Source: Octopus vulgaris (Eukaryota). From it: a stretch of 64,000 bases of DNA. Location of the stretch: the NCBI GenBank assembly GCA_951406725.2, contig OX597824.1, positions 99,510,001 to 99,574,000 on the forward strand, read 5' to 3'. The translations under genes and the position numbers were made by a program. Shown here piece after piece: positions 38,587 through 51,117 of the stretch. How positions within the stretch are numbered: the stretch's first letter is position 1; every line of letters begins with the position of its first letter. The notes under the pieces were generated by a model that saw only the letters and a list, made by a program, of their open reading frames with translations, was not told the origin of the DNA and did no database searches.

Positions 38587-38866
38587 AAGAATGTGGAATC
38601 TGAAAACAGAAACAATTCCTATTATAGTAGGTGCATTAGGCATGATAAAAAAATATTCAGACAAATACATAACAAAAACACCAGGACTTACAAACACATA
38701 TAACATACAGAAAATTGCACTACTAGGTACCGCACACATCCTACGCAGAACACTTTCCATACAATAACCATCAGAGCATCACAACAAATCACAGCACATA
38801 CCCAAGGCACACAGAGCTGCGCTCGGTAGTGAAGTGAAAGCACGCTATAAAAATAAAACTACTGAA
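38587..38866 (+). mobile_element. Short 5'-truncated Dong-like 3' fragment
   Basis: RMWNLKTETIPIIVGALGMIKK...IQKIALLGTAHILRRTLSIQ* is paralogous to the C-terminus of the long ORF. It has a different 3' UTR and (TAA)n on both sides. Confidence 0.85.
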
Positions 38867-38943
38867 TGATAATAATAATAATGATTATAATAATAATGAT
38901 AATAATAATGATAATAATAATAATGATAATAATAATGATAATA

Positions 38944-38978
<35 letters not shown>

Positions 38979-39018
38979 GATAATAATAATGATAATAATA
39001 ATGATAATAATAATAATG

Positions 39019-39052
<34 letters not shown>

Positions 39053-39169
39053 TAATAATAATGATAATAATGATAATAATAATAATAATGATAATAATAA
39101 TGATAATAATAATGATGATAATAATAATGATAATAATAATAATGATGATAATTATAAGAATAATATTTC

Positions 39170-41480
39170 ATTTATTGGCCACCAGGTCTGACATATAGGG
39201 GACAATTCTGTAGACATAGAAGTGGGGATTTTACACAAAACAGTGAGTACACAATTAAAACAATAACAATAATATCAAACAAAAACAATGAAATTTCCCC
39301 AATGGAGGGTAACCACCTGAAGTTGGCTCAGGTATCCCACCATTCCTGGACCACTCAACGCTTTGAAAGCATCTGGGAGCACCCTTCTTCCTTTCAAATT
39401 CACTAGCCTATAGGTGCATGATTAGAGCAAGTCTGCTCCCACAGGCCATGTTTGCTACATTCACCCACCTTCCAGTAAATGTGCTGCGAGGCAGCACTTC
39501 TCTCTCCACCCTCATCTTCCTTTCTAAGTGAAACTTGAAAAGATTGATGAAAGATTGGCGAAAAAGAAAAGTGTCTTCAGTCCTTTCAACCTGGTCCACC
39601 ATACAACCTCTTTCGCTACTTTTATCAGACAGAGGAAAATTCCCTGCCCTTCCAGACTAATGGAAGGCAACGGATTGATCTTCACTATGGACTTGGCCGA
39701 TAGCTGGATCTGTCCTACATGTGATAACAGCTGTTCTGTTATGATAACATAACTCCACAAGTCAGTAATGCAAGGACACTGGACAAGTGCATGCAGAACG
39801 GTTTTGTCACTCTGTATCTCGCTCAGGTCCATCTGACAGCACTTCCATGCCTGTAGACTTTATCTCAAACCAGCAGTGTCCCCCAGTAGCACTGCCAAAC
39901 TTGGGATCTCTGGAAGTTATCCATTGTCCTCCTGAACAGACTGGTCAGTTCAACTTCATCAATGTCTAGCATCTCTCCAAGTGTGTCATTGCTCTTTCCC
40001 TTTACTAACTCTCTGTAGAACTAATAGCATTGCCTGACTGGTAGAGGGCAGTGAGTGCCTGGCAATATTCCAGATGCCAGTCACCCTGCCTCAGTTTCGT
40101 CTTGACCCAGGACAGCAGCTCAGTCAAGGAGATGAGCTGGGGAAAGGCCTGTTTGACAAATTGCAACCACACTTGTTTACCATTTAGGCAGAATTTCTGT
40201 AGATGCTGCAGCCATAGTGCATGTCGATACATCATTAGCCATGGCATGCCCAGCCCTCTGTGTAGAGGGTGTTGCCAGCAGATGGACTGTCTCACCAATG
40301 GAACCTGTACCCTCCGCAAGAATTTGAAGAGAACTTGGTGAGGCACGAATAGGGACAAGGCTCAATGGTCAAGCAGCAGTAGATGAGGGACGCAATGTAT
40401 GCATTCACCATCTCCACCCGACCTTTCAGTGACGGCTTCCTTGTAGCCCATTTCTGGGTGTGACTGGCTACCCTACTCATCACCTCATCCCAATTTTTAT
40501 CAACCTGGATGTCTGGTTCAAGCCAAACCCAAAGCAATGTAATGGTCCATCTGTCCAGCACTCAATGATGCAGGTGCCAAGTTGCAAGCCCACTGACATT
40601 TCTGGGTTAAATTTTGCTCCAGTCAACTTTTCATATTTCTCCAATGATGTACCAACCACCTCGATTTCTGAGGTGTCCAACACCATCACAGTGATGTCAT
40701 CCACATATGCTGACACAACCATTCTGTGTCCTGGTTCAGTCAGGATGCCAAGAGTCAGTGCTTACAGAAGGGAAGAGAGAAGGCATCCTTAACAGACTGA
40801 TTGGGAAATCTGAAATGGTTCCGAGTGGTGCCCATTAACTTTGACCACTGAGCAAATGCTGCTGTGGATTGCAGCGATCCAACCTCTGAAGATGGGGTCA
40901 AAGCCAGCTGCCTTGAGGACAGCTCACAGAACTGGGAATACTCTTGTTCTGCTCCCAATTACAGTAGAGCGCTTTGAAGAGATCAGAGAACAAGTCTGGC
41001 ATATTTATGTAAAGCTCATAGGGCAGACCATTTACATCAGGTGACTTGCACTTTGTGCAGCTGACAAGGGCATCCTTAATTTTGGCTGAAGTTATCTGCT
41101 TTTCACAGCTCAGCATTGGCTGTTTAGAGACACGGCAAGCTGTCAAGGTAGAGACTGATGTCCACCCTACCATTCTCACTGAACAACTGAGCAAAGTGCT
41201 GGTAAAAGGCCTCATACATCTGCCTGGAATCATTCAGTTCATGTCTTGGTCTGTCAAAGACTGAATTGTGGTTTTGTTACCACACTGTGCCTCTGTCACA
41301 CAAGACCATCGAACAGTTTTGATCTCCTCATCTCTTAGAGCATGCGCCTTAGCTCTGGCAATGCAGCCTTCATGTTTCGTATTGAAGAACTGGTTGAGTG
41401 CCGTTCTCACTGCTAGCATGTCAGTTGCAATGCCTCATCTACAAATGGCCTCATCTAATTTAGTTACTAACCCTTCCTCC
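39170..41480 (-). mobile_element. Decayed L1/Tx1-like LINE
   Basis: KSPDVNGLPYELY, VSAYVDDITV, SLKGRVEMVNAYIASLIY fragments. AATAAA near the 3' end (about 39171-39176) abuts a (TTA)n tract. Confidence 0.75.
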
Positions 41481-41599
41481 TCTCTATTTTTTTTCTAACA
41501 AAGATGAAACACAAGTGAGATCCTTGGTGAACAGGATCTACTGTTTTAGCACTGGTATTAGAATGGAATTTGGACTTAAAAAGGGGTAAGATACATTCC

Positions 41600-42962
41600 C
41601 CAGCAGGGATAGAATTATTGAATAGAGACTTGATTAAGCAAATTGAAACGGAAGGATACAAATACCTTGGTGTACTAGAGGTCAACAAGATAATGGAAAT
41701 GGAAAAGAAAGAGCAACTGAGGATGGAGTATTTCTGAAGACTGAGGTTGGTATTGTGCTAAAATTGACTAGATGGAATAAAATCCAAGCAGTTGATACAT
41801 GGGTGATCCTCACTTCAGTATGGAGAGGGAATTATAAAATGGTAAAAGAGAGAAATGAAGAAAATGGATACCAAGACCAGAAAAATGTTGACAATACACA
41901 GAGCTTTCCACACTAAGAGTGATACTGATAGGTTGTCCAGAAGGAAGGGTAGGTAGGTCTTGATCAGTTGCTAGGACTGTATAGAAGTAGAGGAAAACAG
42001 CTTAAGGTGTTATACAAAAAATGCTGTGGCACCACTGTTGAAACACCTGAAGAAGGCTGGTATCATCAAAACTGAAAATTGTGTAACTAAAGAAAAATTT
42101 AAACAAGAAATGAACAAAAGAAAAGAAAAAGCATGGAAGGAAAAGAAAATGTACGATCAGTTTGCAAGAGATGTGAGCACCAAGACAGATGCAGAAGACC
42201 GGTGACTATGGATGAGGAGGAATGATCTGTAGATAGAGACAAAAGCACTCATATGCGCAGCTCAAGAACAAGTGTTAAGGACCAATTATATGAAGTGCAG
42301 AATAGACAACACTACTGATAGCAACAAATGCAGAATGTGTGGTGAGAAGGGTGAAACGGTATGGCATATCGTTAGCGAATACCCAAAATTGGCACAATGC
42401 GAATACAAAAAATGCCATGACAATGTGGCAAGAACGATCCATTGGGAACTCTGGAAATCATGGTCTACAAAAAGCAAAGACATGGTATCAGCAAACCCCA
42501 GGAGTCACTGAAAATGAGAATTGCCAAATCCTGTGAGATGCAATAATCCAGATATTGGAAACTGGACATTGTTGTGGTGAATAATAAAGAACATGTATGA
42601 TAATTGAGATAGCATGCCCAGATGACAACAGGATCTATGTGAAAGAAGAAGAAAAAATAAACAACTATGACGATTTGAAATGGGAAATACGATGGTTGTG
42701 GTCAATGAAGAGAGTAGATGTGATAGCAATAGTAATTGGTGCACTTGGAAGTCTCAGCACTCAACTACCAGCATGGCTGAAAAAGATTGGTGCAAGTGTG
42801 AAGGTAGAACACCTACAAAAATCAGCATTGCTTGGAATTGATAAGTTTTCTTTGCAGGGTTCTTGAAGCATGACCAGTAAAAAAGTGTCAACTTGGTCTG
42901 CTGACCATGGACAGCTGATGCTTTCCATCATACCCAGCAAAATAAACTGAGAGTTTTCATCA

Positions 42963-42963
<1 letters not shown>
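41600..42963 (+). mobile_element. Decayed R4/Dong-like LINE 3' half
   Basis: Fragments CAAQEQVLRTNY...KCRMCGEKGETVWHIVSE, HDNVA, IIEIACPDD, VIAIVIGALG; multiple stops; ends in (TAA)n. Confidence 0.8.
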
Positions 42964-42995
<32 letters not shown>

Positions 42996-43057
42996 TATAA
43001 TAATATCGGTGAGAAACGGAAGAAAATTTGAAGAAAGAAGGAAAAAACATAATAATA

Positions 43058-43137
<80 letters not shown>

Positions 43138-43147
43138 TAATAATAAT

Positions 43148-43296
43148 AATTGCACTACTAGGCACTGCACACATCCTACGCAGAACACTTTCCATACAAT
43201 AACCATCAGAGCATCACAACAAATCACAGCACATACCCAAGGCACACAGAGCTGCGCTCGGTAGTGAAGTGAAAGCACGCTATAAAAATAAAACTA

Positions 43297-43300
<4 letters not shown>
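43148..43300 (+). mobile_element. Very short Dong-like 3' fragment, same subfamily as 38587-38866
   Basis: Near-identical to 38713-38866 (ttgcactactagg...gcgctcggtagtgaagtgaaagcacgctataaaaataaaactactgaat); embedded in (TAA)n. Confidence 0.85.
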
Positions 43301-43346
<46 letters not shown>

Positions 43347-44537
43347 GCTAGACCAAGTCATGAAAGTTACTGAGAGGGTTATAGCTCAATTGGTTAGAAA
43401 TAAAATTAAACTAGATGAGATGCATTTTTAAGAAATGTGGTAGAAAACTAGGTCAAGAAAGCAGGAACACTACGTCCTGAGACCCCTTTTGGAGTCCCCC
43501 TACAAAACAAGTAAGCAGGTACCCCATGACAAAGCACAATGGTCAGACACTGTTAAGTAATAGAGGGAAAATATCTTTTCATCAACTCTACCCAACCTTT
43601 CAGAGATAGCCATATTCATCAACTGAAGATCTGGCCTAAATCAAATTCTAAGCATCTTAATAGGACTAGTAATCAAGCAAATTACACCACTCAACTGTGT
43701 GGACTCACCTCTCCAGGTGCTGAGTTGTAAGCTCACTGATTTGTCCTGATTAATGTATGTTTTTGTTAAAACTTAATATCTTCATCTGTGCAGTACTAAT
43801 CACCCTGTAACATTATGTACCTGTTATGTGACACAGTCTTCCTGTATTGTAGTTCGAGCAAAATGTCTCTCAAGACTTGTAGCTTCCTCATCAATGGTTT
43901 GATAGCCTAAATGTACAGGGGCACGATGCAGGGCACTTTGTAATTCAAAACTATTCAATGAGTTGCCATTTCATCTGAGTGCTCTGTAAATTCCACTTCT
44001 CAGTAGCCTGTCTTTTGAAGACAGAATGGAACTATTTCCAGGTATGATGGTTGACTTTATCAAAGGTCTTTGGATTGGTTCAGATATGCCAGTACCCCAA
44101 CCAAAGCCAGATTTATCACCTGTCTTCTTTGTGGTGTATTGAATGAGGTAGAGGTTGCTGCAGATAGATCTATCTATCTTGATGTTCCCTGTTCTAATAT
44201 CAACATTGTCATTGATGACCCCTCTCCTGTTCTGAGAGAGGACCACAAATATTGAAAGTGAGTTGGGTGTTTGATGATATCAACTTCAATATATGTTTGG
44301 TATTTATTGAATTGACACCAGAAAGTCAAAAACAAGACAGCTAACTGGTCAATATATTCAGTAGTCTTCAGATAATATTCTTGAGCAAGAAAAATCTGAT
44401 TTTATCATTGGTGTAAAATGGTGTTGTGGTTCCATGAATTGTTTAAAACAGATAGTGTTGGGGTGGGATGGTAAGATGAAGTGAAGAGGGGGTTGGTATT
44501 GGAAGGTTTACATAAGCCAAGAGTTGGATTGTCTTAC

Positions 44538-44701
44538 CTTTAAAAGTCTTTTTACAGCTGCTGAACAATCAAGGGAATCTTGCTGATCATCCAGGTTCTT
44601 CATAAGTCTTTGTAAAATGATTCTTTCTGCATTAATTAAAGTAAATCCGAATGTGCACATTAACTCATTAACAATAGCGCCTTTCTTTGATCCTGGTCCA
44701 C
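44538..44701 (-). CDS. Adenylate-kinase-like host gene, first identifiable coding exon (P-loop exon)
   Basis: Acceptor ttttctgactccccag, donor AAG|gtaaga; 164 nt, phase 1 to 0. Translates (G)GPGSKKGAIVNELMCTFGFTLINAERIILQRLMKNLDDQQDSLDCSAAVKRLLK, resembling the adenylate kinase GGPGSGKGT P-loop and following helix/strand. Confidence 0.88.
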
Positions 44702-44728
44702 CTGGGGAGTCAGAAAAGAGAGGAAGAG

Positions 44729-44788
<60 letters not shown>

Positions 44789-45138
44789 AGAAAATACATT
44801 CTAAAAAGAACTGGGTTCAGTTTGTCTAAAAGACTGATAAATTACTAAATAAATTATTAATGTATATTGTATGATATCTTATTATGTTATTGTGTTATAT
44901 TCATCATGTCATTATATAGCTGATATTGTAATATGTAATTCACCTATCATTATCTTATAATGTATAATATGGTAATGTATAGTCTATATATATTCTAAAT
45001 AGATATCATTATGTAATATTGTAATCTATATATATATCTATAATAAATGAATACATGTCTGTTGTAATCTATTGATGTAATTGGCTTAGCCCTTCCCCTG
45101 AAATTGCTGGCCTTGTGTGAAAATTTGAAACCAATATA

Positions 45139-46425
45139 TTAGGTTGTCAAGAAAGTTCTTGCGGTTTTTAACCGTTAAATTCAAATGCACATATCTCGGC
45201 TCAAACAACACTTTATTAATTGAAATAAACACCATCAGAATCAACATGCTTTTGCCAACGTGAAACAACTTTATTTATGCCAATAGTGTAAAAATCCTGT
45301 GTTCTGGTGGCGATGAAGTTGTTGAAGACATGTTTGGCATTGTCTTGGTTTTTGAAGCATTTCCCATGCAGGAAGTTGTCGAGATGCTTGAATAAGTGGT
45401 AGTCGGTAGGTGAGAGGTCTGGTGAGTATGGCGGATGAGGCAGAGTTTTGTAGCTTAATTTGTTTAACTTCTGCAGGGTCAGTTGTGTGATGTGCGGCTG
45501 AGCATTGTCGTGGGGAAGAATTGGTTCTTTTCTATTGACCAATGCTGGCAGTTGCTGTTGGAGTTTCTTATGCATTTCATCCATTTGCTGACAGTATTTC
45601 TCTGCTATAATGGTTTCACCTGGATCCAAAAAGCTGTGATGGATGAGATCAGCTGCAGACCACCAAACCGTCACCATGGCCTTCTTTTGGTGCAACTTTG
45701 GCTTTGGGAAGTGTCGTGGAGCTTTGTTGGCATCCAACCACTGAGCTGAGTGTTTCCGGTTGTTGTAAACAATCTGCTTTTCATTGCAAGTCACAATTCA
45801 GTCGAGAAATGGGTCATTCTTGTTGCGTAAAAGAAGGGAAGACAACACTTCAAAACAACGTTTTTTTTTTATTGTCATTCAATTCGTGTGGCACCCATTT
45901 CTCAAGTATTTTTGTTTTTCCAATCTCTTTTGAGTGGTTGGAAAGTGTCGTATACATTATGCCTAATTCAGAAGCAAGCCCTCGAACAGTTGTGCGTGGA
46001 TTGGCTTCGACTAAGGCTCTTAATCGATCATTGTCAACATCCAATGGCTGACCACTATGCTTATCATCTTCCAGACTCTTGTTACCACTATGAAATTTCT
46101 TGAACCACCATTGTGCTATACGTTCATTAGTGATTCCTGGGCCAAACACATCGTTGATATTGCAAGCTGTTTCAACAGCTTTTTGGCCTAGCTTGAACCG
46201 GAATAAGAAAATTGTGTGAATTTGCTTTTTGTCCATGTTGCATTCTATGTTCCGGAAAAAATGGCCTAATTATTCTAAAAGAAAAAGGGTAACATGATTA
46301 GATAGAGCAAAAAACAGGCTTTAAAATGATATATAAAATCAAAGTAATTTAACAAAAATTAATTTGAAAATACATCGTTTAAAACCAAAATTTAAAATTG
46401 CACAAGAACTTTTTTGACAACCTAA
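45139..46425 (-). mobile_element. Mariner transposon, full length (1287 bp), frameshifted
   Basis: TIRs ttaggttgtcaagaaagttcttg / caagaacttttttgacaacctaa with TA flanks. MDKKQIH...WVPHEL, HDNAQPH, YSPDLSPTD. Confidence 0.93.
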
Positions 46426-46779
46426 TATTATATTGTAATACATATCTATTGTATATCCTCACATTTTAATTTATTACATCATATTAGATAAAAGGAAAAC
46501 TTACCATTCCCCACCCAATTCCACCCCATCCTGTTTGAAATGAAGAAAAATCAACCATTTTATGTTCTATAAGTAAGTTGAATAATTAAAGCTCCCTTTT
46601 ATACATTCTCTCCTCATAAGAAATATTTACTGTTTTATAAAAACATTTCTTCCTTCATAAACTTTACTTTCTCCTTCCATCACTTCTTAACTAATTCCTC
46701 CAAGACATTTAAAAAAATCTTTGTCTTCTCTCTTAACAATTTTAGAATTAATATTGTCCCACTAGGAGACAGCACCAGA

Positions 46780-48780
46780 TCACAAAATTAAAAATAGTGC
46801 TAAAGCAGCTGAAGAAAAGGTGAAAAGAAGCAGAAGATGAAGAAAAAGTGGTCTTAAATGAGCTAAGCTCAGAATTATGAGGGAACTTGCTTCAACTTTG
46901 TAAGGAAGAGTTAGAGAGAAGGAGATGAAGGCAAAAGAAAGCTTTTTTTTTTGGCAACCTCTTCTAGTTCACAGTTGACCTTCTTGGAAAGCTAAAAAGC
47001 AGAAGACTGATATGTTCGAGGGAAAAGATGGAGAGCAGAGTAGCAGCAGTGCATGGTGACCCCAGAAGAAATATTTCAATGGGAGACTGTCCCTTCCCAC
47101 TCTCATCATTCAAATTCCATACTCCTTTCAACATGGCAAACTTCACTTTGCAACAAGTGAGGGCTGTGGTGGCAAAAGCTCAGATAGAATCTATTCCAGG
47201 ACCACCTGGTACCATTTATAAGATTTACAAAACTGTTCAATATTGCCGAGGAGGGTAGCAAGACTTTTATGTTTGATCTGGGCAAAAGAAAGCAGAAACC
47301 TTGGCTCTGGACACTAGCTGAAAGCTGTTTTGTCCAATGAAAGAAGAAAACACAGCAGGCTTCACCCATTTCAGAGATCTTTCTCTGTTAGAGTCAAAGA
47401 TCTTTTGGTTCATCACTGCCAAAAGATTAACAATAAATTTACTGGTGAATGATTGCATCAACATGAGTACCTGAAAAGGGAGTCGCAAGCTAGTCTGAAT
47501 GTCTTCAACATGCTTCAGCAATCAGCCAACAAACTTCCAATTGTGTGGTTAGATCTGACTGAAGTCAATCGAAGTTTGCCCTGAATACTACTGAGTACCA
47601 ATAACAGTAGTTGAGCTTGTAACGTCACATGGGTTCAATGAAAATGAGTTTCATTGTGGAAAATTTCACCACTCAATGGTAGAGGACATTATGTCAAGGT
47701 GCAAGACATCTGTGGTCCTATTCATGGAGGCCATGAGGAGGAGGGAGGGAGGGAAACAGTTGAGGAGTCCAGAAGCCAGTAACATTATAAGGTATCCAGT
47801 CTGAAGGGTCTTCATGATATGGCAGGCTTGCTGGAAAAGTCGGTCACATATGAAGTTCAATGTAGTAAAATCTTGAAGCTTGAGTATCCTGAAATGAAAG
47901 CTGACAAATAAAATTTTCAGCATTCAGCAGTCTGAAATTCTGACAACCCAAGAAAAAGGAATTGAATTTCACAGGAAGAATTATGACAGTATCCTGAAGG
48001 ACTATTGCAATGCCAAAGGTAAAAAAAAAAAAAAAACTAGCCTAGGGCATTTGACAACAGCCAGCTACTTGGAAAGTTCAAAGTCAAATGTTTCCAGGAT
48101 GACATCATACCCAGATTACAGTGGTTGTTCTTGCTTTATGACTTTACCAGACTTGGGTAGAGACAATGAAGTGGTTTTGCAGTTAATTTGCATGAAGGTG
48201 ACTGGATGTTCCCCCAACTATCAGCTCATTCAACCCATACAACCAGACTTCTAAGTGTTGCCTACCAATTCCATCAGTGGTTGAAGAGTTCAAAGGTACC
48301 AAAGTAAGATCAGTCAGTAAAGCACTATTATTTGAGGTTGAGAAAATCAGACACACCAAGAATACTACAAAGGATGGGTAGAAGTGGAAGCGCCAGGAAG
48401 TTGGGAAAGGAGCAATATATAGTAGCAAGACGTGGGCCCTGAATGCGGAGGACATGTAAAAACTAGAAAGGGTTGAAGCTAGTATGCTTTGTTGGATGTG
48501 CAATGTCAGTATGACAGAGTGCAAATGTGTTTAAAGAAAAACTGAGCAAGATATCAGATACGGTATACAAGAAAGAAGATTGTGCTGCTGGCATTGTCAT
48601 ATAATGCACATAGGTGAGGGCAGCTGCATAAAGAAATACCAATCCCTTAATGCAGATGGAACCTGTGGAAGAGGAAAACATGGGATAAAGTAATGAAGGT
48701 TGATTTCAAGATGTTGAACCTCAAGAATAAGATAAAGAACTGAAATGATTGGTGATTTGTTGTCCATCAGAAGATCCTTC
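46780..48780 (+). mobile_element. Highly decayed REL-type (HERO/NeSL-like) LINE relic followed by an RTE relic
   Basis: PGPPGTIYKIYK, KEENT...FRDLSL, AKRLT and VWLDL remnants (46900-47600); TWALNAEDM RTE remnant from about 48400. Boundaries approximate. Confidence 0.5.
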
Positions 48781-50209
48781 CATCACTATGAAAGTGAGGC
48801 CCTAAAAGTGTTATGTCTATACAGCTGCTGAATCCTGCCCTGCACCCTATCTGTCCACTGTCAAACCTTCCCCATCTCTCATCTTACTAATATCTATCTC
48901 TCCATCCCCTCTTCTGTTCAGCTGCTGTAATCAGAGAAGAACCGCATATATTTTATCCCCTTTAATGCAACCAATTACCCCTTTCCCTGCAACTATTTCA
49001 TCCTTCATTCTCAATAGAATACCTTCCCACTTTATTGTCCATTGATCCTCATGTTTCTGATTTGCATCTTATGACCACCACATCTCATCTTTAATATCCT
49101 CTCATGTCTGCCATCAATGCTGCCAGTCCTCGGTCCATTCACCCCTTTTCTTTCTCTAACTTCCATCTCTGACACTGTATGTCTCTCTCTCTCACTCTTA
49201 CAAACTGCACATCATTCCCCTATTTCTTATCTATCAACAGTTTTATAAAACTGATGCTATCCACCCGCTTCTGTACTGCCACATATGGCCTTCATCTCTT
49301 CTTTGAGCCACTCCTATTTCTTTCATCATGTATACCAAACTGAGATTCGCCATTGACCATACCTCTACACTTCTTCCCCATTCACTGCATTCATCATCAT
49401 CGTTTAACATCCGTTTTCCATGCTAGCACGGGTTCAACTGGGGTCTGGGAAGCCAGGAGGCTGCACCAGGCTCCAGTCTGATCTGGCAGTGTTTCTACAG
49501 CTGGATGCCCTTCCTAACGCCAACCACTCCGTGAGTGTAGTGGGTGCCTTTTACGTGCCACTGGCACAGGTGCCAGGTGAGGCTGGCAACGGCCACGTTC
49601 AGTTGGTGCTTTTTACATGCCACCGGCACAGTTATTCACTGCATTCATCATCATCATCATCGTTTAGCATCCGTTTTCCGTGCTAGCATGGGTTGGACGG
49701 TTCGATCATCTCTATCTCTATTTCTATCTCTCACTCTCCTCCCACTATTTCTGATTTTCTCCTCATATTTTCTCTTATACTCACCATCTTGTACGTTGAG
49801 AATATGTTCGAATACCGTGTGATATTCATCTTTATTTCTCTTTCCAGCATCTCTCACCCACTCTAATCCTAACCCTAATTTTAACCTCTTGACACCTGCC
49901 ATAAAAAAAAAACACTGCCTCCTTTTACTAGAACTCCACTGAGTTGAGGGTGGAGGAGGACTTGTCTTGCAACTTACTTAGTAACTTCACTTGTACCATG
50001 AAAAAGCCCCCAGTACATTCTGTAAAGTTGTTGGTGTTAGGAAGACCATTTTGGCCCAAATAGTAACCATACCAAAGTAGACACTGGAGCTTGGTGTGGT
50101 CGTTGGATTCATTGGATCCCGTTGAACCATCTAACCTAATCTAGCATGGAAGATGAATGTGAAATGAAGATGATGACATAGTTGTGTGTGTGTGTGTGTG
50201 TGTTGTGAA

Positions 50210-50520
50210 GGTGAATGGATTCGTGGTTAGGGATTGTAAGGTCTCGAGGAGTTTGATACCCAACAGCACGTTCTCTCCTCGAGCAAGGGACTTTATTTTA
50301 CGTTGCTCCCGTCCACTCAGCTGCCAAAAAATGGGTTGTACCTGTAATTCAGTGGGGGAGGGGGGGCAGCCTTGTCACACTCTGTGTCAGGTTGGCAGAT
50401 TCTTCTCGAAAACAATGTTAAAGGTACGCGTCCGTGGAGTACTCAGCCACTTCCGTGTAAATTTCACAAGCGAGCTGTTTTGTTAAGATCGACTGGGATA
50501 CTTGTTGCGTAACTGACAAA
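50210..50520 (+). mobile_element. Decayed tRNA-derived SINE, same family as 6057-6378
   Basis: actttattttacgttgctccc.gtccactcagctg and aggtacgcgtccgtggagtactcagccac segments. Confidence 0.75.
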
Positions 50521-51074
50521 GTGGTAGTTTTTTTTAAAAAAATGTGTGTATACATGTACGTAAGTGCATATTTATAAATGTATTATATATATATATGTGT
50601 GTGTGTGCATGCGTGTACATATATAGATGAACATCTGCATTAATATATTCACTTTCTGCGTATGTCAGAATATTAGTATATAATTACATTTCTATCGGCA
50701 ATGCTTTTGTATATTTGCATGTTAATACATTCCTTATGTTCGAGTAAGTAATGCGATGCTTATGGAAACCTGAATGTCATGCGGTGTGTGTGTGTGTGTG
50801 TGCGTGTGTGCTTATATGCTTATGTGCACACGTGTGTGTGTGTATGTGTGATAATATATATCTATGTATGCATATGCATTTTTTTTTATGACTGGATTTT
50901 ATCTCTTCGTAAGTCTTCTTTCTGTTTCACAGGCAGATGACACAAAAAAATATTCATTTTCACATAATGTTCTATTTCAAAATTTTGAAATGAATCTTCC
51001 AGAAGGAATTGTCAGCCACTCCACGTAAGGAAATACAATCCCAGATTTGAAGTCAGTTTCATAATAATAAATAC

Positions 51075-51117
51075 CAAGCAAAGAGCTCAGCCCGAGAGTC
51101 ACTTTTGGAAGTTTCTG
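51075..51117 (-). CDS. Candidate upstream exon of the AK-like gene
   Basis: NAGNAG acceptor ttttaatcag|cag and weak donor G|gtattt; 43 nt QKLPKVTLGLSSLL+G, ending in phase 1 as the 44701 exon requires. Unverified. Confidence 0.3.

Noticed and set aside
43500-44400. 91-aa ORF (43971-44246) as a host exon
   Set aside because: No convincing splice sites, not needed for phase, and surrounding frames are stop-riddled; probably an unclassified TE relic.
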